From NCBI GenBank assembly GCA_023132155.1, contig JAGLYP010000008.1, positions 4,846-68,845 of the forward strand: 64,000 bases of DNA, written 5' to 3'. This document shows, piece by piece, positions 53,063 to 62,884 of this stretch (its first letter is position 1; each line of letters begins with the position of its first letter). The notes beneath the pieces were generated by a model that worked only from the letters and a program-made list of their open reading frames with translations, had not been told where the DNA came from and made no database searches. The DNA is from Candidatus Parcubacteria bacterium (GTDB lineage: Bacteria > Patescibacteriota > Patescibacteriia > Patescibacteriales > UBA12075). Position numbers and translations under genes: made by a program.

Positions 53063-55339
53063 TCAGGCCTTAATAAATTCAATTATATTTCCTTTTTGAG
53101 TCACTTCAACTGAATCTCCTGATTCAAACTCGTGAGCAATAATTTTTTTACCCAAGGGGACAAGAACTAACCGTTTGTTTATTCGGTTTAATTCCCTTGC
53201 TCCCAGCGTCGCGCTAAATCCTTCATTAATAAGCTTCGCTTTCACGGATTCCGTAAATACTAAATTAATCTCATAATCTTCGCGAACTCGCTTGATAATT
53301 TCACCCAATCTTAATTCCAAAATAGCGGCCATATCTGCTTTACTAAGATTACGGAATACAATCGTTTCATCAATACGATTAATAAACTCCAGACGAAACC
53401 CATGTCTTAAAAGGGCTTTATGAATTAAGTTTATGCCGGGTGCATTTGAACTAGAGCCAAAACCAATTTCCTTTTCAGCAGTGAAAGTGATATTCGTTGT
53501 CATAATGACGATAGTGTTTCTAAAATAAGCCTTCCTGCCTTGGCTATCAGTCAATATTCCATCATCAAGAACCTGCAACAGAATATCAAACACATCAACA
53601 TGCGCTTTTTCCATCTCGTCAAAAAGAATAACCGAATAAGGCTTGCGTCGAACTTTTTCAATTAATTCTCCGCCATCATCATAACCTACATAGCCCGGAG
53701 GAGCGCCGATTAACCGGGAAACTTGATGTTTTTCCTGATATTCAGACATATCAAACTTAATTAAAGCTTCTTCGCTCCCGAATAACAAAAAGGCAAGTTT
53801 TCTGGCAACTTCTGTTTTTCCTACGCCGGTTGGACCTAAAAACAAGAAAGACCCGATTGGCTGATTGCCCATTTTTACAGACAAAAGACAGTCTCCCACA
53901 GCCTCTATCGCTTCTGTTTGACCGATGACAAGTTCTGATAAATCCTCTTTTATGCTCAAAAATTTTCGGCGCTGAACATCCGATGTCATAACAATAACAC
54001 CTGTCCATTCGCTAATAATACGCGCAATATCTTCGTCTTTAACCAATTTTTCAACATTATCGTTAAACATTGCTTTGCGGCTGCCGGCTTCATCAATAAC
54101 ATCTATCGCTTTATCCGGAAAATTTCTTTCATGGATATAACGAGCTGAATATTTTACCGCGGCTTCTAAGGCTTTATCGGAATATCTTACATCATGATAC
54201 AGTTCATATTTTTCCCGCAACCCCTGAAGGATAAGCAAAGTAGTTTTCTCATCCGGCTCATCAATGGTTATCGGTTGAAAACGCCGTTCAAGAGCGGAAT
54301 CCTTTTTAATGTATTTCCGATACTCGTCTGAAGTTGTTGCTCCGATACAGCCAAAAGTTCCGCGTGCCAGCGCCGGTTTTAGAATATTAGCGGCATCCAG
54401 TCCTCCTTCTGAAGAACCGGTGCCGAGAACCGTATGCAATTCATCTATAAAAACAATAATTTCCTGCCTTTCTTCAAGTTCTTTAATTAACCGTTGAAGA
54501 CGCTCTTCAAACTGTCCGCGATATTGAGTGCCTGCGGTTAAACTGCTTAGACTTAAAGTAAATATTCGTTTCCCATGCAGCTTTTCCGGTACATTGTTCC
54601 CCCAAACAAGTTCAAGGGCGATTCCTTCGGCAACGGCGGTTTTACCTACTCCCGCTTCACCGACAAAAACCGGATTATTCTTTTTGCGCTTCATAAGAAC
54701 TTGCATTGCTTTGCGAATTTCTTTATCACGTCCGATAATAGGATCAATTTTACCCTGGCTGGCTAAAAGAGTTAAATCTTTCGCGGCTAAAGCCAATATT
54801 GATCCTTTTTCCAATTGCAATGGATCTAGCGGCGCTAATTCGGCAACCGGCGCGCTTGTTTTGACTTCCGCTTTTTTTTGTTCCGGCAAAACCGTTTGAC
54901 CGGCCTCTCTATGCCTAGCTTGCCGCGTAGTTAAACCGATTGCCTTTGCTAATCGTACTTGCAGGGAATTTACCTGAATTTGCAGCACATGAAGTATTTG
55001 ATAGCCAACACATGTCGGCAGAGCCAATACGCCCATAAGCAGATAAATCGCCTCCTCATGATTCTCATTGGACCGTTGCCGGGCTCTTACTCCGGCGGCT
55101 AAAACTTCACGGAACAAGGCCGGAGGTTCCGGAGGCAAAGCTCCTAAATTGTAGATTTCTATAATTCTATCTGTCGTGAGCGGCTGATCAAGAATTGATT
55201 TAAACTCTTCATTCGCCAAATCAATTACAGCTAAAAGCAAATGTGCCGTAGTTACAACGCTGCTGCCCAATAACCCGGCCAATTCATTGGCTCGTTCTAT
55301 ATATGGCTTAAAACAATCTAAATTTATGTTGTCAGGCAT
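53063..55339 (-). CDS. ClpA/ClpC-type double-ring AAA+ unfoldase (Clp_N domain, D1, D2, no long M-domain, IGF loop)
   Basis: I prefer the ATG at 55339, after aaaggagaagagaa. Motifs:

- Clp_N-like [16 protein letters not shown].
- D1 Walker [14 protein letters not shown] and Walker B VFIDELH.
- D2 Walker [14 protein letters not shown] and Walker [11 protein letters not shown].
- KEIGFGSS, which resembles the ClpP-docking IGF/L loop. Confidence 0.85.
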
Positions 55340-55356
55340 TTCTCTTCTCCTTTGTT

Positions 55357-57105
55357 TTATGTCTGTAATAAATGACAAACCTTATAACTGCGGCCGCAAA
55401 TATCACAAGTAAATGTTTCCTTGTATCCGATAATATCTTCAACACCGTATATTACCACTTGGCCAGGATACTCAACACCATAGACATAAGCATCTTCGTT
55501 CCAAATTTTTTCAACATTATTACCGCCTACAAAACATATTTTCTCCTTTTGCATTGCCTTGGCAAACCAAGCTGAACGGAGATATTTGTTAAGCGACAAT
55601 TCTATACTTAAACGCAGCGCTAAATGAGCGCTAGGCCAAGTTTCGATAATTGTCGCGGGTTGCGTAGGATCATCCGGATCGCTATAAAGCATTGTACGCA
55701 TATCTTCATTTATTTTTATGCCTGGTGACATATCCAGCGTGAGATTATTCTGAAAACATTCATAACATGGCCCTGATTCACCGTCAACCACAACCACCTT
55801 GTAATGAGTAGCGCCTGAAAACGCGCTTGGAATTATATGCTTAATTCCCCGCTTTCTTAATATTTCACAAGCGGTAAAATTATCATCATAACTTCTGCCT
55901 GTCGCCACAATCACTAGCGTGGGTTTAAACCAATCCAAAAGCCGGTTGAATTTTGCTATAGATTTTTCATCAAATTCTTTTAAGCATAATTCAGCGGCGC
56001 TAATTGAGCGCGAACCGCTATAATAAGTCCTAGCCAAATCCCCTTTAACAATTTGTGATATAAACTTTTCTTCCTTTCCGCCTGTGAGTGAAAAAAATCG
56101 GACGAGATAATCCTGCAGCGCGTATGGCTTTATTTTTTCTCCAATCCAATTAACTCCAACAAGCTGGCGAACGGGGTTATATATTGAGAAATGCTTATAA
56201 TCAACCATTAACAGATGGCGATAATAATTAACTAATTCCCCGATTATTAAACTTCCCGTACCGCAGCCCAGTACCATTACTCTGTCATTTTCCAACGCTT
56301 CAATCGGCACTGGCGGCATATAATACGAACTTGAAAATACTTTTTTAAGAAAGTCTTGTTTTTTGTTCGGATTAACATAATAAATTTGCCAAGGCCACTC
56401 AAACGTGCCGCGCAAAATCACATTCCTTCGCTGTTTGAACAATAAATCCTCCAAATCTTTCCTTTCATACGCGGTGCCGCGAAGAAGCAAGGCTTTAGAA
56501 AAATTCATCATTACATCAATTGCTCCCAGCCAAGCCAAGCGATGTTGGAGTTTGGGGTTGCTAACAATTTTATTTTTTTTGCGAGACAACATATCAGCCA
56601 GATATTCAGGCATGCAATCAGGTAAATCAGAATCAACGATAAAAATCATTGATTCAACAAGCAAACCGTCAAAAAGCATAAAACCCGATGCAGGAATGCC
56701 GGTTGCGCGGGAAAGAAAATTAACCAAAGCCGCGGTTTCATAATCACCGCCTCCGATAATCAAATCAACTTTATGTTCGCTTAGCGCTTCGGCGATATCT
56801 TCTCGCGTCTTTTCCGGCCTGATTTGTATATCCCACGCGGTTTCCATTGTATTGTGCTCAACGATATGATTTTGCAATGCTTCCCCTGCATCTAAACCGA
56901 CTGTGTTTATGCCATAACTTAAAGCTAAAACATCTTTTTTTTCTACATTGGCAGAGAGAAAATACAACTGTTTTGTCAATCCGCATCGCGCCAATGCGTC
57001 AGCTATCAAACAGGAAAAAACGGGATTAATAACCGCTATTGTTTTTCCCTTAAATGCTTCGCCAACAACAGGTAAAATACGATTATAATAATCTTTAAGA
57101 TCCAT
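55357..57105 (-). CDS. ThiF/MoeB/E1-like adenylating enzyme with an extra N-terminal domain
   Basis: 582 aa. RVMVLGCGTGSLIIGELV...LLMVDYKHFSIYNPVRQ matches the E1 nucleotide-binding pattern (G-rich loop, then D.D....N..RQ). The paired CxxC motifs GPCYECF and CDICGR resemble those in MoeB/ThiF/E1. Its stop lies 17 nt before the Clp start. Confidence 0.7.
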   Translation of the reverse strand: MDLKDYYNRILPVVGEAFKGKTIAVINPVFSCLIADALARCGLTKQLYFLSANVEKKDVLALSYGINTVGLDAGEALQNHIVEHNTMETAWDIQIRPEKTREDIAEALSEHKVDLIIGGGDYETAALVNFLSRATGIPASGFMLFDGLLVESMIFIVDSDLPDCMPEYLADMLSRKKNKIVSNPKLQHRLAWLGAIDVMMNFSKALLLRGTAYERKDLEDLLFKQRRNVILRGTFEWPWQIYYVNPNKKQDFLKKVFSSSYYMPPVPIEALENDRVMVLGCGTGSLIIGELVNYYRHLLMVDYKHFSIYNPVRQLVGVNWIGEKIKPYALQDYLVRFFSLTGGKEEKFISQIVKGDLARTYYSGSRSISAAELCLKEFDEKSIAKFNRLLDWFKPTLVIVATGRSYDDNFTACEILRKRGIKHIIPSAFSGATHYKVVVVDGESGPCYECFQNNLTLDMSPGIKINEDMRTMLYSDPDDPTQPATIIETWPSAHLALRLSIELSLNKYLRSAWFAKAMQKEKICFVGGNNVEKIWNEDAYVYGVEYPGQVVIYGVEDIIGYKETFTCDICGRSYKVCHLLQT

Positions 57106-57108
57106 CGC

Positions 57109-58050
57109 CTATATCCTTTCTTTAATAGCGTTAATCAATTTAATTATGTCATACGATTTGTACGATTGTCCTAATCTATTCCACAATGAATCATTCGGCA
57201 GTTTAATCTCATGATAAGGATTGCTTAAATCATTAATCACTACTTTGTATATCTTGACAATTTGATCGGGAAAAAAGGGAGGTATGCAAATAACATACTT
57301 ATTATCATCAAACTTAACCGTGTATCTGCGCCAACCGCGCCTTAACACGTTGCGTGAAACCTGAAATCTTTTTGTTATAAGTTTTTTCTTTGTTTGATCG
57401 CACCATTTCTTTCCGTCATTTGTTTTGTAATAAGGCATTAACTTAGCTTCTCTGACGTATGAATGATTCCGTGAAATTATTTCAACAAAAAGCTTGACAT
57501 GTTTGCCGTTGTCCCGCAAAGCGAAACAATTGAATTTCCACGTATTTTGCATGAACGTTGGAGCCATCACAAAACTAAACATGGTATTTAATCCTTTTTT
57601 TCTATGCCAGTCATAGGCATTAAAAACCGAATGAACTAAATCGCCTTGTGATAACCATCCGCTGCACGACCAAGGGTGGCTGTGCTGTTTGCAAAATACG
57701 TCTAAAAATGGATATCGGCTAATATACTCGCTTAAAACTTGATTCAGGTAATCACTAGCCCCCGCGTTTTTCTTAAAAACCGCCTTGTGACTGCTATAAT
57801 CCTTGAATTTATCCAATGGATAAAATACGTGGGTTACAACAATTCTCTCAATGTCTGCAAGTTCAACAAAATCCAAAGGAGACTTGTGTATACCCGGCTT
57901 CAAAACTAAGTGAGCCAAAGGATACATAGCCGCCTCCCAAGGAAAACCAGTCTTCCTTTTGCCTATTGCATAATATTTATTTGCTTCATGGATTGCCTTT
58001 TGAACGGCATCCCTGCAAATATATACAAGCGAAAATTTTGTTCTTTTCAT
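57109..58050 (-). CDS. JAB/MPN+ (JAMM) metalloprotease-like protein
   Basis: 313 aa. HSHPWSCSGWLSQGD gives HxH-x8-S-x2-D, whereas the canonical JAMM is HxH-x7-S-x2-D. A candidate upstream Glu lies in FPWEAAMYP. The stop is 3 nt before the E1-like start. Confidence 0.6.
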   Translation of the reverse strand: MKRTKFSLVYICRDAVQKAIHEANKYYAIGKRKTGFPWEAAMYPLAHLVLKPGIHKSPLDFVELADIERIVVTHVFYPLDKFKDYSSHKAVFKKNAGASDYLNQVLSEYISRYPFLDVFCKQHSHPWSCSGWLSQGDLVHSVFNAYDWHRKKGLNTMFSFVMAPTFMQNTWKFNCFALRDNGKHVKLFVEIISRNHSYVREAKLMPYYKTNDGKKWCDQTKKKLITKRFQVSRNVLRRGWRRYTVKFDDNKYVICIPPFFPDQIVKIYKVVINDLSNPYHEIKLPNDSLWNRLGQSYKSYDIIKLINAIKERI

Positions 58051-58184
58051 GGTTTTTCTCCTTTATATATTTTGTTTCATTTATCAAGATAGATCAGCTT
58101 GTTTATGAAACTTTGTCAAGGTTCTTTTTTTGATCTAACAACTGCCTTTATTAAAAAGCAAATGTTAAAACACAAAAATAAATT

Positions 58185-58222
58185 AGGCCGTATGAATTTT
58201 TTCTTTACAGTTCATACGGCCT
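58185..58222 (-). terminator. Strong hairpin (terminator or attenuator) between the E2-like and JAB genes
   Basis: A 12-bp perfect stem, aggccgtatgaa (58185-58196) / ttcatacggcct (58211-58222). It sits 12 nt after the E2-like stop and is followed by T-rich sequence on the minus strand. Confidence 0.55.
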
Positions 58223-58233
58223 ATGTTTCGTGT

Positions 58234-59130
58234 TCATGCGTCAATTCGAACATATTTATTAAATTCTTTTGAAAAACGTTCTTTGCGTCCGGATCTCCCT
58301 ATCCAGTTATACAAACTATGTACATCTGTTCCCAATGAACGAACAACTTTCTCCAGCTTGCCTATAGACGCTAAATCGGCAATCATTACATCCATCATAA
58401 TTTTTGGGACGATTCGTTGCTCAATCGCGACACGCATCGTAATCCTATGCCAATTGACATAATTGCAAAGCCTTAATAGTCTATTGCCGCCTTCTGAGTA
58501 GGCATGAAAACTGGAATGGCTATAGCGTGTTCCCTTGAACAGTATTTTATCGAAATATTCCCGTTCAACATAAATATCCGGCTTATTTCTCGGCCAATTA
58601 TCAGGATAAATCGCGTAAATCGGCGGTGCGAAAAATACTTTTGTACGATTTTCTTCCGGCAGTGCGAGAAAGTATCTCAATATATTTTGTTTTTCCGCGT
58701 CAGGCATGGGTATCAATTTTTTATGCATAAACTTCAAAAACGGATGACCATGCGCGTCAACACCGCGTTGTCCCAGCCTGCCATTCGTATCAATCACACC
58801 AATCCAATTAGGTATTCGGCCAATAAACCCAAGTTTGGGGTTTGCCGGAGTTTTGAAAATCGTTCCGCAGGAGACGCACCTTATTCCGCGGTCAAATGTA
58901 ATAATATCCTTGCATCTCGGGCAAAAAATATCACCTCTTGAAATTTGATCTCTTGTAACAAGAACTGCATAGAAATGCTTGAAACTTCTATACATATCAT
59001 CCAGCTCTTCATCCAACAAGCTTGGTTTTTCGCCTGCCCAGGAAATCGTGCTTTGAATCGCGCTCTTATCTACTGTCCATGAAACCATTTCTCCTCGTCC
59101 AACTTTTTTCCTCTGTACAATATCAGCCAT
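58234..59130 (-). CDS. Putative E2 (UBC)-like protein with N-terminal zinc ribbon
   Basis: 298 aa. CPRCKDIITFDRGIRCVSCG is the zinc ribbon. IYPDNWPRNKPDIYV and FHAYSEGGNRLLRLCNYVNW loosely resemble the UBC YPxxPP and HPN..G.ICL..W elements. Gene context (next to E1 and JAB) supports the call. Confidence 0.4.
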   Translation of the reverse strand: MADIVQRKKVGRGEMVSWTVDKSAIQSTISWAGEKPSLLDEELDDMYRSFKHFYAVLVTRDQISRGDIFCPRCKDIITFDRGIRCVSCGTIFKTPANPKLGFIGRIPNWIGVIDTNGRLGQRGVDAHGHPFLKFMHKKLIPMPDAEKQNILRYFLALPEENRTKVFFAPPIYAIYPDNWPRNKPDIYVEREYFDKILFKGTRYSHSSFHAYSEGGNRLLRLCNYVNWHRITMRVAIEQRIVPKIMMDVMIADLASIGKLEKVVRSLGTDVHSLYNWIGRSGRKERFSKEFNKYVRIDA

Positions 59131-59145
59131 AACATACCTCTTTAG

Positions 59146-59565
59146 TTAATAATACTCATCCTGATCAAGGTCAACATGCTGTCCGCAAGCGGGCGTTGGT
59201 CCGCCCTGCGCGGAACTGCCGGACTCTGGCTTGTCTTCCGCAGCTTCATCGTCCGTATCCAGGTCAGCCAGGCTTGGCGGAGTTGTGGATGCGTAAACCG
59301 CGCCGCTTTCTTTTTCCACTATCTGATTATTTTTGAATTCCAGATCTTCTCTGATTACATAGTCCTTGCCGTCCCATTCGTGAACTGCCGGCGGCTTGGC
59401 AAAAATACAAAGCGCCAATTTTGAATGGCCGTCTTCTTCTCCTGCCAAATCCAACCGCATTGCTAAATTTTGCGGCTTCTCCTTGTGTTCTTCGCATTTA
59501 CAAATAAAGGGCTGAACTTCAGCTACGTTTTCGCGCGAGCTTGTCTGATTTTCTGTACTTGGCAT
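59146..59565 (-). CDS. Small acidic protein, candidate Ubl precursor or substrate/adaptor
   Basis: An ATG at 59565 follows gcaggaggaaaaa. The 139-aa product has a beta-rich core, then an acidic disordered tail ...ESGSSAQGG followed by 17 residues (PTPACGQHVDLDQDEYY). Confidence 0.45.
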   Translation of the reverse strand: MPSTENQTSSRENVAEVQPFICKCEEHKEKPQNLAMRLDLAGEEDGHSKLALCIFAKPPAVHEWDGKDYVIREDLEFKNNQIVEKESGAVYASTTPPSLADLDTDDEAAEDKPESGSSAQGGPTPACGQHVDLDQDEYY

Positions 59566-59601
59566 TTTTTCCTCCTGCAATTTCAGTTAAATTATTATTT
59601 T

Positions 59602-60168
59602 TTATCTTTGCGGTTGTCCTGAACCGCCAAGACTCAAATCTCCATTCAGCAACATATCGTTTATATCGGCTACGGACATTTCCAGATTATCCGCCGTATG
59701 TTCGGCAAGATTCATATTTTGAGAGCGTTCTCTAATGGCTTCTTTGTTTGTGCTTCTTTGTCCGGCGCCGACAAAAAGTGTTACCCACTGTGAAATTGGC
59801 GTTTCATTATCAATTTTGTTTACAATATCCAGATAACCTTCCAAAAATAGCCGCTTCATAATACCTTCAGCCATATCGCTTGCGATATCAAACGCGTCAA
59901 CCAAAAAAGTAGCAAGTATATACCCGTTAGTTTTTACAGCCAACTGGCTAATCTCCCGATCGGATGGCTCCTGATACGTATAAAACACGGCAATCGCGCT
60001 CGGGATTAAAAGAAAACTACCGACATACCATGCAAGCGGACCTGCCAGCGGTATCGGAAAAATCGTCCAGCTGTCAAGTATAATAAATAAACCCAAACCT
60101 CCGACAATAAATCCCCAAAAACGCATCTTTTTCTTTGTTTCACGCTTTCTCGCAAAATTAATTCGCAT
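59602..60168 (-). CDS. Two-TM membrane protein with soluble C-terminal domain ending ...LSLGG-SGQPQR
   Basis: 188 aa. The TM helices are FWGFIVGGLGLFIILDSW and LAWYVGSFLLIPSAIAVFY. The C-terminus NDMLLNGDLSLGGSGQPQR has a di-glycine 6 residues from the end. Confidence 0.5.
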   Translation of the reverse strand: MRINFARKRETKKKMRFWGFIVGGLGLFIILDSWTIFPIPLAGPLAWYVGSFLLIPSAIAVFYTYQEPSDREISQLAVKTNGYILATFLVDAFDIASDMAEGIMKRLFLEGYLDIVNKIDNETPISQWVTLFVGAGQRSTNKEAIRERSQNMNLAEHTADNLEMSVADINDMLLNGDLSLGGSGQPQR

Positions 60169-60265
60169 ATTCCACCTCGCTTAAATTATTTTGGGTTTAA
60201 AAAGAGCAAGCCGTCAAACTAAACCAACAGCTTGCCCGCCAAAATTTCTTATTACTATAGTTAAA

Positions 60266-61525
60266 CTATTTGGAACTAGCGCGTTTCATAATGTCATAAT
60301 TTATAAGCGCCATTCCTGTATCTACCTGTGTTCCCTCCGGTAGTACAAAGTCAGGAGTAATTTTGCCATTCTTGGCAATAATCGCCGCCCTGGACTGGTG
60401 TCCTATAAGCCAAAGTTTCAACCTGACTTCCATATTGCTATCAGCTTTTTGCAAAGCCATCTTGTAGGATGCTTCGCCTTCACCATCGTAAATGTCGGCA
60501 TCACGCTGATATTCAGCCGCCTCTTTCAAAATTGAAGACACTTTATTTCTGGCCTCAGCAGGAATACGCTCTTTTGCCGCGTTAATCTCACTTTGTATAA
60601 TGTCCGTAACGTTGACTACCTTTTGCTCATACTCGGATTTAACAACATTACGCTGACCAACAGCAATGGCGGTGGTTTCTTTAGCTGCATTCAATTCAGC
60701 TTCGGCAATACTGGCCACTTTACCCATCAAATTCGTCAATTTTCCGGTAATCTGATCTTTGATACTCTGATGATACTCAGGATCCGAAATCACGAACTGC
60801 GTAAACTTAACGTCAAAATCCTTTAGGGCATACTCTTTTCTCATTATTTCATTTTTGGTGCCCTGCTTGATTTTTAATTTAGACTTGCGCACTTGCTTCT
60901 TCTCACCGGTTGACAAAACAATGGTATCTGTATAAGTTTCTACCAAATACACTCCGTGGTTCAGCTGATCAAGCGCCCACTCGGTAAACTGCGCTTTGTT
61001 GGTTGTATAGCTTTCTTCCGCGCTCATAAGCGTTGAAGTTAAGGTCAAAACTTCTGTTACAAGGGGTTGAATTGCCCGATCGCGGAAATTATCCTGATCA
61101 CGGTATTGGATATGAAGTTTGGTAAATTGCTTCCTGCTTTTTTGCTTAGTCTCCTTGCTTGTTTCGTTATACCCGATTGTATAGCGCACAGATCCCGAAA
61201 CTCTGGCAGTACCGCCATCATTATAACGGACAGGCACGCTTTCATCACACCCTTCTCCTTCTGTTAAATCCTTGGAAAACCAAGATGTACTTGACTTGTC
61301 CCATGTATATGCCCTGTTTGCCCCGATATAATACCGACCGGGCTCCATAATAGCTTCAAATGAGCCACTTCCTCTTATCGGCTCAATCATAACGTAATTT
61401 CCAGCCACGTTATTGTTGATTGCGAACTTGTAACCGATAATAGCAACGAAAACAAGCCCCAAAATTATAATCCAGAGTTTGCTTACTTTTTTGTCTTTGC
61501 GTTCTCCTGTTTCATTAAATTTCAT
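60266..61525 (-). CDS. SPFH/flotillin-like membrane protein
   Basis: 419 aa with N-terminal TM LWIIILGLVFVAIIGY. The SPFH-like core is EPGRYYIG...VPVRYNDGGTARVSGSVRYTI. The Ala/Glu-rich coiled-coil C-terminal half resembles YqiK/flotillin. Confidence 0.55.
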   Translation of the reverse strand: MKFNETGERKDKKVSKLWIIILGLVFVAIIGYKFAINNNVAGNYVMIEPIRGSGSFEAIMEPGRYYIGANRAYTWDKSSTSWFSKDLTEGEGCDESVPVRYNDGGTARVSGSVRYTIGYNETSKETKQKSRKQFTKLHIQYRDQDNFRDRAIQPLVTEVLTLTSTLMSAEESYTTNKAQFTEWALDQLNHGVYLVETYTDTIVLSTGEKKQVRKSKLKIKQGTKNEIMRKEYALKDFDVKFTQFVISDPEYHQSIKDQITGKLTNLMGKVASIAEAELNAAKETTAIAVGQRNVVKSEYEQKVVNVTDIIQSEINAAKERIPAEARNKVSSILKEAAEYQRDADIYDGEGEASYKMALQKADSNMEVRLKLWLIGHQSRAAIIAKNGKITPDFVLPEGTQVDTGMALINYDIMKRASSK

Positions 61526-61580
61526 GTTTATTATCTCCTTTACATCTAAGATACTGAGAATACTCTCGTGTTAAAAAATG

Positions 61581-62858
61581 CTAATCAAATACAAGATCCA
61601 GACCAAGTTCTTTTCTCAACTGTTGCTCAATCTGAAATAAAACATTAACCCCGCCAGGCAGTTCATTGCTGTTTTGAGCTAACTTACTGGTAATAACCCC
61701 GGGAACAAGCTGCGCGCTTGAAAAAGCTGTTTGATACGCTTCCCATGCATGAATATAATAGTTCTTCTTCATGCTTAAAGCGCCATCAGCCAACAGAGCC
61801 AAACGTCGTTTTTCTGCTTTGCCTTTTCCCTTGGCAATCCATTGCTGTTTTTTGTTAAGCGCGGTTTGTTTATTTTCCATGGCTACGGATAGATCACGGT
61901 TGGCGGCAATAATTGCTTGTTCTTTTTTCTTTTGAAGATCAAGCACTATTTTTTCTTTTTCCTGCAGTTTTACATATTTAGCTTCAGCAATCATCTTTTC
62001 GCCGTCTGAAATAGCGGTCTTCTTTTCCTGTACCGCTTTTTCACCAGCTGATTTTACTTCTATGATCTTTGTCAAGAACCCTCTTTTTTTATCAATGAGT
62101 TTATCCAAACCGTCCAGATATACAATATCTTCGATGATAAATTGCTGCAGGTCAATACCAAACTTGGCAAGCACTACTTCTTTGCGCACAGGAATTTCTT
62201 GCCCATGATCGTTCTTATACGTTTTAATATCAACATATTCCTGAATAACCATTTTATCCTGATCATCCTCGGAAAAAACTTCTCTGGTCTTTTTTTCAAC
62301 GATATATATGCCGTTCTTTACCTGATCACCGGCCCACGTTGAAAACTGAGTACGAAGGGATGAATAACTTTCCTCCGACGACATAAGTGCCGCCGTCATA
62401 ACTACCGCCTCCTTGACCACCTGTGAATAAAGCTCCTGTTCCAGTCTTTGTTGATTGTTGAAAATTAACTTTATATGTTTCATGTCCTCATTACTTCTGG
62501 GCAAAACAAAACGCGCGCCCCCATAAACCTTGGCGCGACCGCCATCGTTAAAACGAACGATAAACGGCGGAGCAGAAACGTTTTCCGCGTCCGGTTTGTC
62601 ACTAAACTTATACGACGCTGCTGCCTTAAAATCATCAATTAACGCGAGCCCCTGATAATAAAAACCGGGTTCAAAGCGGGTAGTAATATCACCGTCCCAC
62701 CAGCCTTGATTAACCTGATAAATTCCCGAAGTATTTCGCTCAACCAAGCTAGCGGCATTAACCACTACGATTAAACAAAACACGACAACCATAATCCATG
62801 ACACAGTCTTTCCAACGCTTATGCGTCCGTTGGTCATAATAAAATCTTCTACTCTCAT
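61581..62858 (-). CDS. SPFH/flotillin-like membrane protein (paralog)
   Basis: 425 aa with TM WIMVVVFCLIVVVNAA. The core EPGFYYQG...FIVRFNDGGRAKVYGGARFVL...AALMSSEESYSSLRTQFSTWAGDQVKNGIYIVE aligns with 60266..61525. Confidence 0.55.
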   Translation of the reverse strand: MRVEDFIMTNGRISVGKTVSWIMVVVFCLIVVVNAASLVERNTSGIYQVNQGWWDGDITTRFEPGFYYQGLALIDDFKAAASYKFSDKPDAENVSAPPFIVRFNDGGRAKVYGGARFVLPRSNEDMKHIKLIFNNQQRLEQELYSQVVKEAVVMTAALMSSEESYSSLRTQFSTWAGDQVKNGIYIVEKKTREVFSEDDQDKMVIQEYVDIKTYKNDHGQEIPVRKEVVLAKFGIDLQQFIIEDIVYLDGLDKLIDKKRGFLTKIIEVKSAGEKAVQEKKTAISDGEKMIAEAKYVKLQEKEKIVLDLQKKKEQAIIAANRDLSVAMENKQTALNKKQQWIAKGKGKAEKRRLALLADGALSMKKNYYIHAWEAYQTAFSSAQLVPGVITSKLAQNSNELPGGVNVLFQIEQQLRKELGLDLVFD

Positions 62859-62884
62859 AACATAATCTCCTTTTTTGCCTAATA

